DNA from: Amoeboradix gromovi X-113
Taxonomy: Eukaryota; Fungi; Sanchytriomycota
NCBI GenBank assembly: GCA_018985225.1
Contig: JADGIF010000017.1
Location: 1 to 32,000, forward strand
DNA length: 32,000 nt
Direction: 5' to 3'
Shown: piece after piece, positions 10,492 through 20,768 of the stretch
Position numbering within the stretch: position 1 is the stretch's first letter
Layout of the letters: every line of letters starts with the position of its first letter
Program-made: the position numbers and the translations under genes
Notes under the pieces: model-generated
Told to the model about the DNA's origin: nothing
Database searches by the model: none
What the model saw: the letters and a program-made list of their open reading frames with translations, nothing else

Positions 10492-11602
10492 TTACATAAT
10501 GCCTACGTCTTTAAGTGTATTGCTAACGATTGTGTCTTTGACTGCATTAAATACAACTCTAATATTGCTAAATCAAATATAAATTACTTGGTATCTGTAG
10601 CACAGGTAATATGTGGATAAATCTTCAACTTTGCCCTGTTTACGTTTGTAAATCTAGTCAATATGTATTTAGCAGCTCTAGTCACATCACTGCCACCTGA
10701 GTAATCCTCATATATCTTTTCCATGGGTGATCTATCCAGCTTCTCTTTAAATGCATCTGCCTTATTCAAAAATAGTATTAGTGATGATTTCTGGAACCAC
10801 CGAGAATTTATTACAGAATCAAAGAGAGAAATAGACTCTTGCATTCTATTTTGACTACTATCTTCCAATAAGGTCAAATCATAATCAATTAAACTGACAA
10901 AAAATATTACAGAAGTAACCGATTCGAAGCAATGAATCCATTTCTTACGTTCACTTCTTTGGCCGCCAACATCAAACATACTACGTTAATGAAGATGTAC
11001 TGGATATTTAAGCCCTGAACTCCAAATTTCGTTTCTACAATTCCAGTTGTCTTAATCCTTACTCTAAGAATGTCCTGTTCAGTAGGGATAAAGTCCTCCT
11101 CTGCAATTCTCTCTGATTCATTTATATAGTAAGGCGTAGAATCTAGCATGTAAAACTCATTTGACCTGTATAGTGCAGTTAATGCAGAACTATCAGCCCA
11201 CAGTTCCTTAATGAGTTTGGCATGCTCTTTGGTAAACCTTAGCTCATCTGTTTTTTTCATTTCTTCAAAATCTTGAAGTAACTTGTCACAAATTTGTTTA
11301 GAGTGTTCACTTGACCATCCAATTTTTAATTTGTTCGTTATCCCATCGTTCAACAGCATCATGCCAGTAAAAATATTCATAAAAATTGATGCTCTAAATG
11401 CCATTGCTTCTGGCTTCGTGTAACCATTCATATGCATGATTTTCATTTGTCGAACAATGGTGGATTTACCAGACTCACCAGAACCAAGAAGAAGTATTTT
11501 GGCTTCTTTCTTTATTAGCTCTGAATCTTTTTTTAATTCAGATTCTATGGCAGCATTTTTTTGGCGCGCTACTTTAAAATCTTTCGATTGACATGCGCCC
11601 AT
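10492..11602 (-). CDS. Second group III G protein alpha subunit; 3 exons (11602-11001, 10980-10588, 10567-10492)
   Basis: [28 protein letters not shown]. Removing two 20-nt introns restores NIHMFDV and the C-terminus [26 protein letters not shown]. Confidence 0.95.
10568..10587 (-). other. 20-nt spliceosomal intron (gtaatttatatttgatttag)
   Basis: GT-AG; removal restores the G-alpha C-terminus. Confidence 0.92.
10981..11000 (-). other. 20-nt spliceosomal intron (gtacatcttcattaacgtag)
   Basis: GT-AG with TTAAC branch-like motif; removal restores IHMFDVGGQ. Confidence 0.93.
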
Positions 11603-11695
11603 TTGTGAAACGCCCCAATTCTCAATTTAAGCTTATATATGGCAACACCATTTTTGAGTAAGAAGACAAGGTAACAAAATTAAAGGTTTATTGAT

Positions 11696-12142
11696 TTAAA
11701 AAGTGACCCATTCCTTTGACGGTTGCTCTTCACCTTTATCTTTTTTCTTTATTATGATGTTTGATTTTAAGGTGAAATCAGTAGGTAAGTCTGACAACTT
11801 CCCCAGATCTGAGGATAAAGGAGCAGAGTTAACTGTGCCTGTTATTTTGGACATTCTCTGTTGTAGTTCCATTGCATCTCCGCGGTCCAATAAACCTAGC
11901 CCGCAAAAAAACTGCTTTCCTTGTTGATCTAACTTTACAATAAAATATCTACTTGAATCTTTAACAGATGTCAATATAGACATGCTTCTTCCATATGTTT
12001 CTCGAGTATAAGGATTGACTAGTTCAAAGTAGTTATTTTCAATTTGTAAATGACCTTCCCAAACGCAATCTAAAAAGTCTTGAGTGGAATACGCTCCATT
12101 CTTTGAATTAATCGTGAATATTTGACATTTACACGTAAACAT
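11696..12142 (-). CDS. NECAP-like adaptin ear-binding coat-associated protein
   Basis: W-x-G-x-L, SVKDSSRYF, GLGLLDRGDA (PHear domain) and terminal WVTF (WxxF) motif. Confidence 0.8.
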   Translation of the reverse strand: MFTCKCQIFTINSKNGAYSTQDFLDCVWEGHLQIENNYFELVNPYTRETYGRSMSILTSVKDSSRYFIVKLDQQGKQFFCGLGLLDRGDAMELQQRMSKITGTVNSAPLSSDLGKLSDLPTDFTLKSNIIIKKKDKGEEQPSKEWVTF

Positions 12143-12199
12143 TTCAACTGTTTCTTTGTAAGAGAATAATTACGTCGTCGCATTAATTTATTAAAGAAT

Positions 12200-12568
12200 T
12201 TATTTAAACATCTTCATTATTTCGTCACTCAACTCATTCAACCATAAAATAAAATATTTAAATCCAATAAATAGACACATAAAAACAGCAAAAACTCCTA
12301 CCAATGTGTAAGGATATAAATATATCAGTATAAACGACGTCAATAAAAGACCACTAGGAAGTGTCATTATCGCGTATTGCGTTTTGACATTATTTCTGTA
12401 TCGTTGTACCTCCAGTGGTGGAGTTTTACGTACTCTTCTAGGTCTTCTATTTGAAATATTAGGTCTTTTGGGTTCATCTTCAGGTGATTTTTCATCTAGT
12501 TTGCTTTTGGTTACTTGTGATGTACCTTGATGTATCATAGCTTCCAATCTGGAATTCAAATCGTCCAT
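12200..12568 (-). CDS. Hypothetical small protein with two C-terminal hydrophobic segments
   Basis: ATG at 12568 (MDDLNSRL) avoids overlap with Snf7; hydrophilic N-terminus and two TM-like stretches; TAATAAA just after the stop. Confidence 0.55.
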   Translation of the reverse strand: MDDLNSRLEAMIHQGTSQVTKSKLDEKSPEDEPKRPNISNRRPRRVRKTPPLEVQRYRNNVKTQYAIMTLPSGLLLTSFILIYLYPYTLVGVFAVFMCLFIGFKYFILWLNELSDEIMKMFK

Positions 12569-12607
12569 AAACTTTTCCTTTGTATCACTCCTTGAAATTC
12601 GTACTTC

Positions 12608-13209
12608 ATGCACTTGTTCGGAAGGAAACCACAACCAAAGGAATCGATCTTGAAGCTTCGTTCTACACTTGACATCATTGAAAAGAGAGAAGCTTATCTT
12701 CAAAATAAGATTAACAATGAATTAGTTGTTGCTAAACAAAATATGAACAATAAACGAGTTGCTCTAATGGCATTAAAGAGAAAAAAGCAGTATGAGCAGC
12801 AGTGGGATAAGCTTATGGGTGCCAAAATGACAATTGAACAACAAGTCTTGGTTATAGAAAATGCTCAAGTCAATTATGAAGCCATGCAGGCTATGAAGCA
12901 GGGTGCCCAATCTCTTAGCAATCTCCATAATAATATGAAAGTGGAGCAGGTTGACCAGGTGATGGATGATATTAGGGATCAAATGGATCTTGCGAATGAA
13001 ATTAGTGATGCTATTGCTCAGCCAATGATTCAAATGGATGAAGACGAGCTATTAAAAGAACTTGAAGAATTAGAGGGTACTCAGCTTGGAGAAGAACTTA
13101 CTCAAATATCCACCGTTAATGCTCCTAATACTCAATTAAAAAGTGCGTTATTACTAATGTAGCAGAGGAAGAAGAATTGGAAGAATTGAAACAGGCCATG
13201 TTGTTGTAG
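12608..13209 (+). CDS. SNF7: ESCRT-III subunit Snf7/Vps32; 2 exons (12608-13142, 13163-13209)
   Basis: ALMALKRKKQYE, VDQVMDDI, ANEISDAI, DEDELLKELEEL. Removing the 20-nt intron gives the acidic tail TEEEELEELKQAMLL*. Confidence 0.92.
13143..13162 (+). other. 20-nt spliceosomal intron (gtgcgttattactaatgtag)
   Basis: GT-AG with CTAAT branch-like motif; removal yields the typical Snf7 C-terminal helix. Confidence 0.85.
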
Positions 13210-13253
13210 CAGTGTATATCCAGTAAATATTTTGATTGTTAATTATAAATAAT

Positions 13254-16200
13254 TTACTTCTTGCTGATCATCATATCAATGATCTGATTAATCTCTTGTT
13301 TCCTGTAATCCAAATTACTCTGAAATAACTTACTTAGTTCATTCCTAATGTCTTTTTTAGAAGTACTCGTTAGATCACACATAGTCATGATTCTCTGTAT
13401 TTCTTGGACCAATTCTGCGTGTGTTGGTACTAAATCATTCATAGTCTGTGGTGCGAATGAAACGTCACTTTGAACATACCCTGCCTCGCTTACTGGATAC
13501 ACTGGTGGTTGAATGTCAAACATAGATCCACGTGGGTCTACGATAGAATATCTCTGGTTCTCCATTATCGGCATGCCGCTAACCACCGATCCCTCGTAAT
13601 CGGGATATAATGTCATACCTGATTGTCTGTTCATATCCATTTGTGAATAAACTGATTGCCTATTCTCATACACCTGGCTGACCTGAGTTTTACTTTCTTC
13701 CTCATCCCACAACTGACGTTCGTAGTCGCTAAACTTCTTGTGTGGTATTTGTTGTATATCAAACACCTCATTATCCCTTGTATGTATTTGCTGCTTACTT
13801 CCCTCTCCAATCACTATTCTTGTATTTCCCCAGCTAAAATCATCCATGTGCCAGAAACTGTAAATAGGTATGGCAAATCCAAAAAGTGGAAGGGCCAACA
13901 GATAAACAAACATCCAAAGAATATGCTGCCATTGTCTTCTTACTATGAATATTATGATTTGCAGTCCGTAAATTGCAGCCAACATTATTAATGATATCAA
14001 TGGGAACGACTGGCTATTTCTAGTGATTAAACCATATATAACATACCCTATTAAATAGAACAGATACAAAACAGTAGCAGGTTGTATAATTGTACCAAAC
14101 AAGTCAAGAAACACAAAGAATCTCATTGAGAATATACAAAACCCACACATATTATTCAATGTTAATAATTCGAACAGGTTATGTATGGTTGAATTGATCC
14201 AACGACGTCTTTGGGATAACAATACACTCCACGACTCTGGCACATGAGTGTGACATATCGCATCCGGGGTGAAAGTTGTCTTCATCTTAGAAAAGTTTTT
14301 CAACATCAAAGTTGTCAAGTATCTATCTTCACCCAAAGACAACAAGTTCTTTTTGTGCAGAGTATCCAAGTTTGTGTCGCTGTAACTATCAATGATGCTA
14401 TCATGTATTAACAGTGGCTGATTTTTAATTGGAGATCTTAGTCTGTACATGCAGAAACAGCCAGGTAGACACGTGACTGTACCAAACATGCCTTCAAATG
14501 CTTTTGCTAGATGGTGACTGATAAAGTATTCGTATGGTTGAATCATTGTAGTCATTGATGCTTCTTCATTTGCCAATCGAGTTTCACCACAAGTTCCAAC
14601 AACCATTTTATCGTTGGCCATTGTAGCAACCATTCTATTTAAAGATAATTGATTAACAATCGTGTCAGCATCCACGTAAAACAGAAATTCATAAAAACTA
14701 GGATCTACTCCAATCACATTCTTCATTTGATGGTACATTTCTAGTTCTAATGGAGATTGCTGTCTGTCAAAGAAAACTCTATTCAGGAATCGCATTAATA
14801 TGATTTGTGAATCTCTTTTACCCCTGTTACCAGGTTTAATCTTTTCACTTGGCTTACCTACTTTGACTATAACCAGGTATGGTACTAAGTGACCCGCATG
14901 TTCATATAGCCCACTATACACCTTTGCCATATTGTGCTGCCTACTTCCCTCTCCAACGCTCTGAAATGATAAAGGTTCAGGGTCTAGATTAGGATCGACT
15001 CCTAATATATCCAAAACTATTCTAGGTGTCGGTCTATCGTTACCACTTCCTATAATCATACCGTCACACACTATAAACAATAGTTTGCGTTTGTCGTCGT
15101 ACTTTAACTCAGCTAATGAATCAATAGTACGCTTTAGACTATCCTCTCCTTCTGTATAACAAGGTACTTGCAGTATAACAAACTTGTCATGGTCCTCAGG
15201 ATCACTACCGGTTCTTAAAGGTAAAGCTGCTAAGAATTTCACACCGATTGTTATCACTATCAGAGCGGATGCAAATATCAACAACATGCTAGTAAACACA
15301 CATTTAAATGATTTAGATTCGTCAACCTTTCCTGCTGTAAAAAGATTATTAAAACAATCCCTTAGATCGGGGTCATTTTCCCAAATATTCATAAATTCAC
15401 TGTCATCTATTAAATCACCACCAAAGTTACGAGCAATTATTCCTATAACATCACTTAAGAATTGCATTTGGCTAGTCGTGGCTGCTTCCGTATAAACTGT
15501 GAAGTCATAGACTCTGCTGCCCAAGATTACCATATTTCTAGCATCTTTGTCAGCCATTGCAAAGCTACGTACCTCATCTCTGCTAAACCCGAGTTGTCCT
15601 ACCACCTTGTACGCATCCTGTAGAAATGGTTCCATAATGGTTGCTTCGCCAACCCCCATTCCACCGTTCTTGCTAGCATCTTTATAAAATGCCTTGTGGC
15701 TAGCTCTGATATCTGGTCTAATGAGCGCCAGCTTTGCTGCTCTTATCAACTGAAAGTCGTAATTTGCTTTTGCACAAAATCCACCAGGTGATCTTCTGAA
15801 TGCTTCGGTAATATCCTGACCTGCATATGAGTCAACTAGCTGAGTAAATGGATGCTTTGCAGGATCTAGCTGTTTGAATGTCTGAATGTTGTACACTGCG
15901 CCATAAATAGATGTCAACGGATAATCATCCGACGTTTTAAATTGCAATGACGCATAAGGAATTATTTTACCCGGCGGACAAACGATGGGAGCTATTCCTA
16001 CTATGAAAAACAGAGATATTGCACTCAACCAGAATATTATAATGCAAAGCGCTACTTTCTCCCTCCATGCCAGTTTGATATCCTTTCGTTTGCTTCCTGT
16101 ACATATGCAGAATGACGGAATAAGCCATGTCAAGGCATACACACAACAGAGCCATTTTCTTCTTGTCGAGGACACTTTCTCTTCAACCACATCATAGACG

Positions 16201-18524
16201 CCTGCTTGGTTTATATGATCGTGCACTTGTAGACCCTTGTTATCATCGTGATCACCTAACTCTCTGAATCCGTCAGTTAATGCTACAGTTGATCGTATAT
16301 CGTCCAATGATTCCTCTTCCTCTAGTTCAACAAAAGATCTATGAGCATCAAAACTCATCTCTGATTGGTTGCCATCCATATCTACTGCACTCTTTCTTTT
16401 ACTGCTCTCCTGCTTTCTAATTGGGTCCTCAAAGTATCTCCAACCTGATTCTGTGCAATGTACAAACTCATGTCCAATAAATATTTGAGATTGCAGCAAC
16501 TCTAAACTTGATAAGCAATGGTTTATACTCTGTCTACTATCACCCATTGGCATAATGTACTCTGAGTATCGATTAGCAAACTCGTCTAGAGGTATTTGCA
16601 CCGTGAATGGCACTATAGCCTTTTGCTCTTGCTGAATTAAATCTGCTATCCTTAATGATTTCAGTTGTTGCTTCACTCTATAGTCATCAAAGACGTCTGC
16701 TCGTGGCTCATCACTTGGTGCTATGCAGAATATGTACCAAGGATTGGTAGTCTCCAAAGTTGTTAGTACATCTTCCAATGATCCTAGCAGCTCTGTTAGC
16801 ACTGTAGGATCGCTTTTTGTTGCAAGCCCCTTCTTCCTTCTGACACTAGGAGTTCTAACCGGTCTGCTTCCTCCAAAACCCCCAACAATAGTCTTTTCGC
16901 TTCTTGGATGGAACTTGGCACTTAAAAGCTTGTCTTGAAAGAGATCGCTGACAAAAGAGGATGGATTGTTTTTGAATAGACTAATGAAATCTGCAGAAAT
17001 CATTTCCTGATTCTTGGCAATGAATTCATTGCATTCATAAATCACGCTACCGCAGTAATGGTCTACTCCAAATCTGTTGGCCATTTCAGCGTGTAAATAG
17101 CCATTAGATTTCTGATGATGCTTGTGAATTAAATCAATCAAGTCGTGCACTGTCTTTTCAGGATGGTTCCTTCTCGTTTCTTGATTTATCAAATGAATAA
17201 TTCCATTCTCTTGATTGTTTAGCAAGTCCAAAACCTGCTTATTGTGCGCCAATATGTCTTTAACCTCCAAAGGATACCCATCTTTGTTCAACTTGTTATA
17301 AGAATCCATAAGATTCGTCCAAATGAAGTTGACAATGGTCTCGTTGGTCTCATTAACACAGAAATCGTAGAACTTGGATGTTTTGGTCTCTTTATGACCA
17401 GTGAAGTTTAAGATACCAATGATATTTGCAAACTCACTTCTACATAGTCGATGGTTGATGGCTTCTACAATCCAAGTAAATAGCAGACCATATAGAGTTT
17501 TAGACATTTGATCCCTGTGAGACCTAGCACCTTGAGCATTCAAGAACTTTGTGTAGACATCTTTACCCGAAATAGCAGCAGAGGTTGTTATTGTAACTTC
17601 CAAGTCATTCTGGTCAATTTCTAACAGCGTAGAAATGATAACCAGCACATCAGGATTTCTTATTGAGCATTGCAAATCGGAATGGTCAGTAGCGTCATCA
17701 AACTCCAGCCTGCTTAGATGTAAAATGGCTGATAGTAGTTGCCAAATCTTCAACTGAGTTTTTTTACCCATTCCAATAGATTTCATCGATGCTTTTAGGT
17801 CTTCAAATCTTAGCTGATCATCCCATTTCGGTATTTCCATAATGCCTCCCGTTAAGCAAGGATACTGATCTGCAGCTAATAAATGACAATGTTCCTTGAT
17901 ATCGCTGTCAGCGCCTTTTAAAAGATAATAAAAAGCGTGGAAAGTTCTTTCTTGTTTCTTTAAATCAACCAGTCTATCCTTGTCCAATAAATAATCCAAC
18001 ACTTTCATTCCAATCATTTTGCCGCGCTCATTAAACTGGAGTTCAGAAAACATTCCAAAACGAGAACTATCTACATCTTCGGGTGATTTGGCATTGCCAA
18101 AGGCTTCAAGAACCGCTAATGCGGCCATGACTCTATTATGAATTTTGTTGTCTTTCTTAGAATTGCCAGAAATTGCACATAACTGACGCAAGACTGCATT
18201 TAATTGCAAAGACTGACCGGATCCACTATCACCAGTTAGAATTATGGACTGGTCTTTCTTTAATCTACGAAGGTGCAGATATGCATTGTTTGCAATTGCA
18301 TAAACATGTGGGTCAACCTTGGCCTCGCTGTTTTTGTAGTTTTTAAAGTACCTTTTTTGCTCCTTTTCACTGAACAAAGCATCAACATATTTGTGTGGAT
18401 GCATAGCAATCATTGAAGAGCCGAGCTCAGTGTAAATGTCATCCTGGAAAAACCGTTGCTTTAAAACATCAACTGCCTCTGAGGCAGGAGCAGAAGATAA
18501 ATTCCTTGGTGTTATTGAAGACAT
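13254..18524 (-). CDS. Chitin synthase with N-terminal myosin motor-like domain (class V/VII), cytochrome b5-like region and C-terminal DEK_C
   Basis: Myosin motifs PHVYAIA, GDSGSGQS, SSRFG. Chitin synthase motifs PCYTEG, GNRGKRDSQ, DADT, CLPGCF, LGEDRYL, QRRRW. First ATG at 18524 (MSSITP). Confidence 0.96.
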   Translation of the reverse strand: MSSITPRNLSSAPASEAVDVLKQRFFQDDIYTELGSSMIAMHPHKYVDALFSEKEQKRYFKNYKNSEAKVDPHVYAIANNAYLHLRRLKKDQSIILTGDSGSGQSLQLNAVLRQLCAISGNSKKDNKIHNRVMAALAVLEAFGNAKSPEDVDSSRFGMFSELQFNERGKMIGMKVLDYLLDKDRLVDLKKQERTFHAFYYLLKGADSDIKEHCHLLAADQYPCLTGGIMEIPKWDDQLRFEDLKASMKSIGMGKKTQLKIWQLLSAILHLSRLEFDDATDHSDLQCSIRNPDVLVIISTLLEIDQNDLEVTITTSAAISGKDVYTKFLNAQGARSHRDQMSKTLYGLLFTWIVEAINHRLCRSEFANIIGILNFTGHKETKTSKFYDFCVNETNETIVNFIWTNLMDSYNKLNKDGYPLEVKDILAHNKQVLDLLNNQENGIIHLINQETRRNHPEKTVHDLIDLIHKHHQKSNGYLHAEMANRFGVDHYCGSVIYECNEFIAKNQEMISADFISLFKNNPSSFVSDLFQDKLLSAKFHPRSEKTIVGGFGGSRPVRTPSVRRKKGLATKSDPTVLTELLGSLEDVLTTLETTNPWYIFCIAPSDEPRADVFDDYRVKQQLKSLRIADLIQQEQKAIVPFTVQIPLDEFANRYSEYIMPMGDSRQSINHCLSSLELLQSQIFIGHEFVHCTESGWRYFEDPIRKQESSKRKSAVDMDGNQSEMSFDAHRSFVELEEEESLDDIRSTVALTDGFRELGDHDDNKGLQVHDHINQAGVYDVVEEKVSSTRRKWLCCVYALTWLIPSFCICTGSKRKDIKLAWREKVALCIIIFWLSAISLFFIVGIAPIVCPPGKIIPYASLQFKTSDDYPLTSIYGAVYNIQTFKQLDPAKHPFTQLVDSYAGQDITEAFRRSPGGFCAKANYDFQLIRAAKLALIRPDIRASHKAFYKDASKNGGMGVGEATIMEPFLQDAYKVVGQLGFSRDEVRSFAMADKDARNMVILGSRVYDFTVYTEAATTSQMQFLSDVIGIIARNFGGDLIDDSEFMNIWENDPDLRDCFNNLFTAGKVDESKSFKCVFTSMLLIFASALIVITIGVKFLAALPLRTGSDPEDHDKFVILQVPCYTEGEDSLKRTIDSLAELKYDDKRKLLFIVCDGMIIGSGNDRPTPRIVLDILGVDPNLDPEPLSFQSVGEGSRQHNMAKVYSGLYEHAGHLVPYLVIVKVGKPSEKIKPGNRGKRDSQIILMRFLNRVFFDRQQSPLELEMYHQMKNVIGVDPSFYEFLFYVDADTIVNQLSLNRMVATMANDKMVVGTCGETRLANEEASMTTMIQPYEYFISHHLAKAFEGMFGTVTCLPGCFCMYRLRSPIKNQPLLIHDSIIDSYSDTNLDTLHKKNLLSLGEDRYLTTLMLKNFSKMKTTFTPDAICHTHVPESWSVLLSQRRRWINSTIHNLFELLTLNNMCGFCIFSMRFFVFLDLFGTIIQPATVLYLFYLIGYVIYGLITRNSQSFPLISLIMLAAIYGLQIIIFIVRRQWQHILWMFVYLLALPLFGFAIPIYSFWHMDDFSWGNTRIVIGEGSKQQIHTRDNEVFDIQQIPHKKFSDYERQLWDEEESKTQVSQVYENRQSVYSQMDMNRQSGMTLYPDYEGSVVSGMPIMENQRYSIVDPRGSMFDIQPPVYPVSEAGYVQSDVSFAPQTMNDLVPTHAELVQEIQRIMTMCDLTSTSKKDIRNELSKLFQSNLDYRKQEINQIIDMMISKK

Positions 18525-19460
18525 TAGTTGTTGAAGAGGTGGGAACTTAATAAAAATACCCAAAAATTACTGTTAGGCCAATCAAGTTACACTAATCACT
18601 TCTTACCAATGATTAAAAATGTTTGCATTAATTTATAGATCTTTGATTCATATCAGCAAGCCTATATTAAGAGATAGCTTGTTGAAACCTAGTGCCTCTA
18701 TCAACTTTCATTTTGATATTTCAAGCAATGCTACCGACCTTGCAAATATTTCTGTACTTTTGAGAGCCTTTTATGTTACCTAGAATAAACCACATAACAG
18801 AATATTCGCATGTTTATCAGAAGTCCAAGACCTTTGCATCAGAAGATTTAGTAGAAATTGATCGTAGATAACATAACATTTATGAGATTTTCTATCAAAC
18901 TAGCAAACTTTTGAGACAGCCTCTGTAAAAGCCCTAAATACTCAATTTTCACCAAAATATTAAAAATGGTGGTTTCTGTGTTACCAAGACTTGATCTAAC
19001 TAAAAATCAGGGTGTCAGGATCATGTGACCACCTATATGTTAATTGGCTTTGGGCAGATGAGCTTTTGAAGTAAAATTTGTACTTTCAAATGAAAAAATT
19101 GAACTAATTTCATATAAAATTTACTCTGACGACTTGATCTTATACTTGTTTATCCGATGTGTCTTAATCCCTTGTAATTCGTTTTTAACTACATCGCCCA
19201 ACTTTTGGCGAATATGTACCAATCAGTTCATTTCACATTGGAGTACATAACGACGAAAACATCAATTTATTGGAACTCTATCTTGTCGTGTTCAAAAGAA
19301 ATAAGAATTTGAATTAAGCCAAAAAAATATCATGTATTCAGAATACACCTCATCTTGTTTAACAGCTGCTTTAAAAACATTGTTTTATATCTCGATCAAT
19401 AGCTTTTGATCTTCTATTCTTATTTCAAATTACAGCCTCGAAAGTTCCAAAACTGCATTT

Positions 19461-19488
19461 GGGACACCAAATATAAAAACTAGACCAA
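19461..19488 (+). repeat. TIR-like repeat, copy 1 (GGGACACCAAATATAAAAACTAGAC)
   Basis: First 25 nt are identical to the reverse complement of 21222-21246. Confidence 0.9.
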
Positions 19489-19505
19489 GTGTAATTGATT
19501 GCCAT

Positions 19506-20354
19506 TTATTTGCACATCTCAAACTCCACTGTTTTTCGATTATTAAAGGTACTTAATGCTTGTCCAAAACAAATGAGACTCTGCATAAGCAACGCGCTGA
19601 GATGATGTTCAAAGCCTTTATCATAGGTTCTCAAACAGTAATAGTAATGAGAACGACTTTTAGAATGCCCACTGGTTAAAACAATTGGAAACTTCAATTT
19701 TAAATGACGACATAATAACCAGTTAAGTAAAATGCGAGCTGTTCTACCATTTCCGTCATAAAAAGGATGAATAAGTAGAAACTGCCGAAAAATATAGACA
19801 ATATTTTCTGTGGATAAGGTTGGTTGATTCATCCATTCAATTAAGGTGCTTAAATTTTCTTTAATCTCGTGTGCAGGCATAAATGTAACCAAACCAGCAG
19901 AAACTCCACTGGTTCTAATTTCGCCATTTTTAAAACTATCTCCATTTTCATCAACTGATCCAGCCATCAAATATTTGTGAATATTACAAATAAATTCTTT
20001 TGTTACCAACTGAGATGATGTTGCATGATACCATACACATTTCAGGACCAAATAATGTTGGATAGTTTGTCTCTTATTAAATCTCTCACCTTCACTATCC
20101 CATGTACCGTTCAATGATAGTTCACCAATGGTGTTAAATGAAAACACATCAGCTTGTTTAGAAAGTATATTCAATGTATTATATTGACTCAAATGACATG
20201 TCTTTTCCAACTTGTTATCCAAATAAACACATTTGACGAATTGACTGTTGACAAAATATTCTTCAGCATCACCCATAGCTATTTTAATATATTTGTCTTT
20301 GTCTATTGATTCCACCCAATCTTGAAGATTTTTATCTTTTAATTGCGGAAACAT
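19506..20354 (-). CDS. Fic/Fido-domain protein (putative AMP transferase)
   Basis: Canonical HPFYDGNGRTAR motif, preceded by IHKYLM..GEIR (flap region); uninterrupted 282-aa ORF. Confidence 0.9.
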   Translation of the reverse strand: MFPQLKDKNLQDWVESIDKDKYIKIAMGDAEEYFVNSQFVKCVYLDNKLEKTCHLSQYNTLNILSKQADVFSFNTIGELSLNGTWDSEGERFNKRQTIQHYLVLKCVWYHATSSQLVTKEFICNIHKYLMAGSVDENGDSFKNGEIRTSGVSAGLVTFMPAHEIKENLSTLIEWMNQPTLSTENIVYIFRQFLLIHPFYDGNGRTARILLNWLLCRHLKLKFPIVLTSGHSKSRSHYYYCLRTYDKGFEHHLSALLMQSLICFGQALSTFNNRKTVEFEMCK

Positions 20355-20449
20355 GAAGATTTCACTGGATAAAACTTTGCACGTAATTTATTTTCATTAG
20401 AATATTAATGAAGATTTGGCATAAATTTTTATTTTGTACTTTTTGAAAC

Positions 20450-20646
20450 ATGTCTGATTCTCCAATTAGTGAACCCTCAAAGATAGCGCTAACAAAGAAA
20501 ATAAGCATAAAACACCAACAGAATCTGAAAATAATGAAGTGCCAACAGATGAAAATGAAATTATTGAAGTTGATAATAGTTTAATTGAAAATGGAAAAGA
20601 TGAGTTTGACAAAACTAATGAGAAACATGCAAACTACTACCATTAA
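20450..20646 (+). pseudogene. Frameshifted acidic low-complexity coding fragment
   Basis: MSDSPISEPS, then in a shifted frame KDSANKENKHKTPTESENNEVPTDENEIIEVDNSLIENGKDEFDKTNEKHANYYH*. Confidence 0.3.
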
Positions 20647-20768
20647 TTAACCTTAATTGACTTGATATACGGCGAGTTATTTTTATGTTGCTGACTTTTA
20701 ATGTAAATTATTTCATACACGCTTGGGTAAAGTAGTAAGTTTTTCAATTTCTCTAAAAATAAACAAAT

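Noticed and set aside
10272-10500. Small + strand gene using a 20-nt GT..AG segment (10345-10364), or a C/D snoRNA
   Set aside because: Splicing gives a stop five codons later, the acceptor is AAG unlike the five confirmed introns, and there is no convincing box or terminal-stem arrangement.
10907-11000. Frameshifted or pseudogenised G-alpha (likewise split importin-beta) or programmed frameshifting
   Set aside because: Fully explained by 20-nt GT-AG introns.
18690-19010. LRR pseudogene (FDISSN, LDLTKNQ)
   Set aside because: Only two isolated LxLxxN-like matches with no periodicity.
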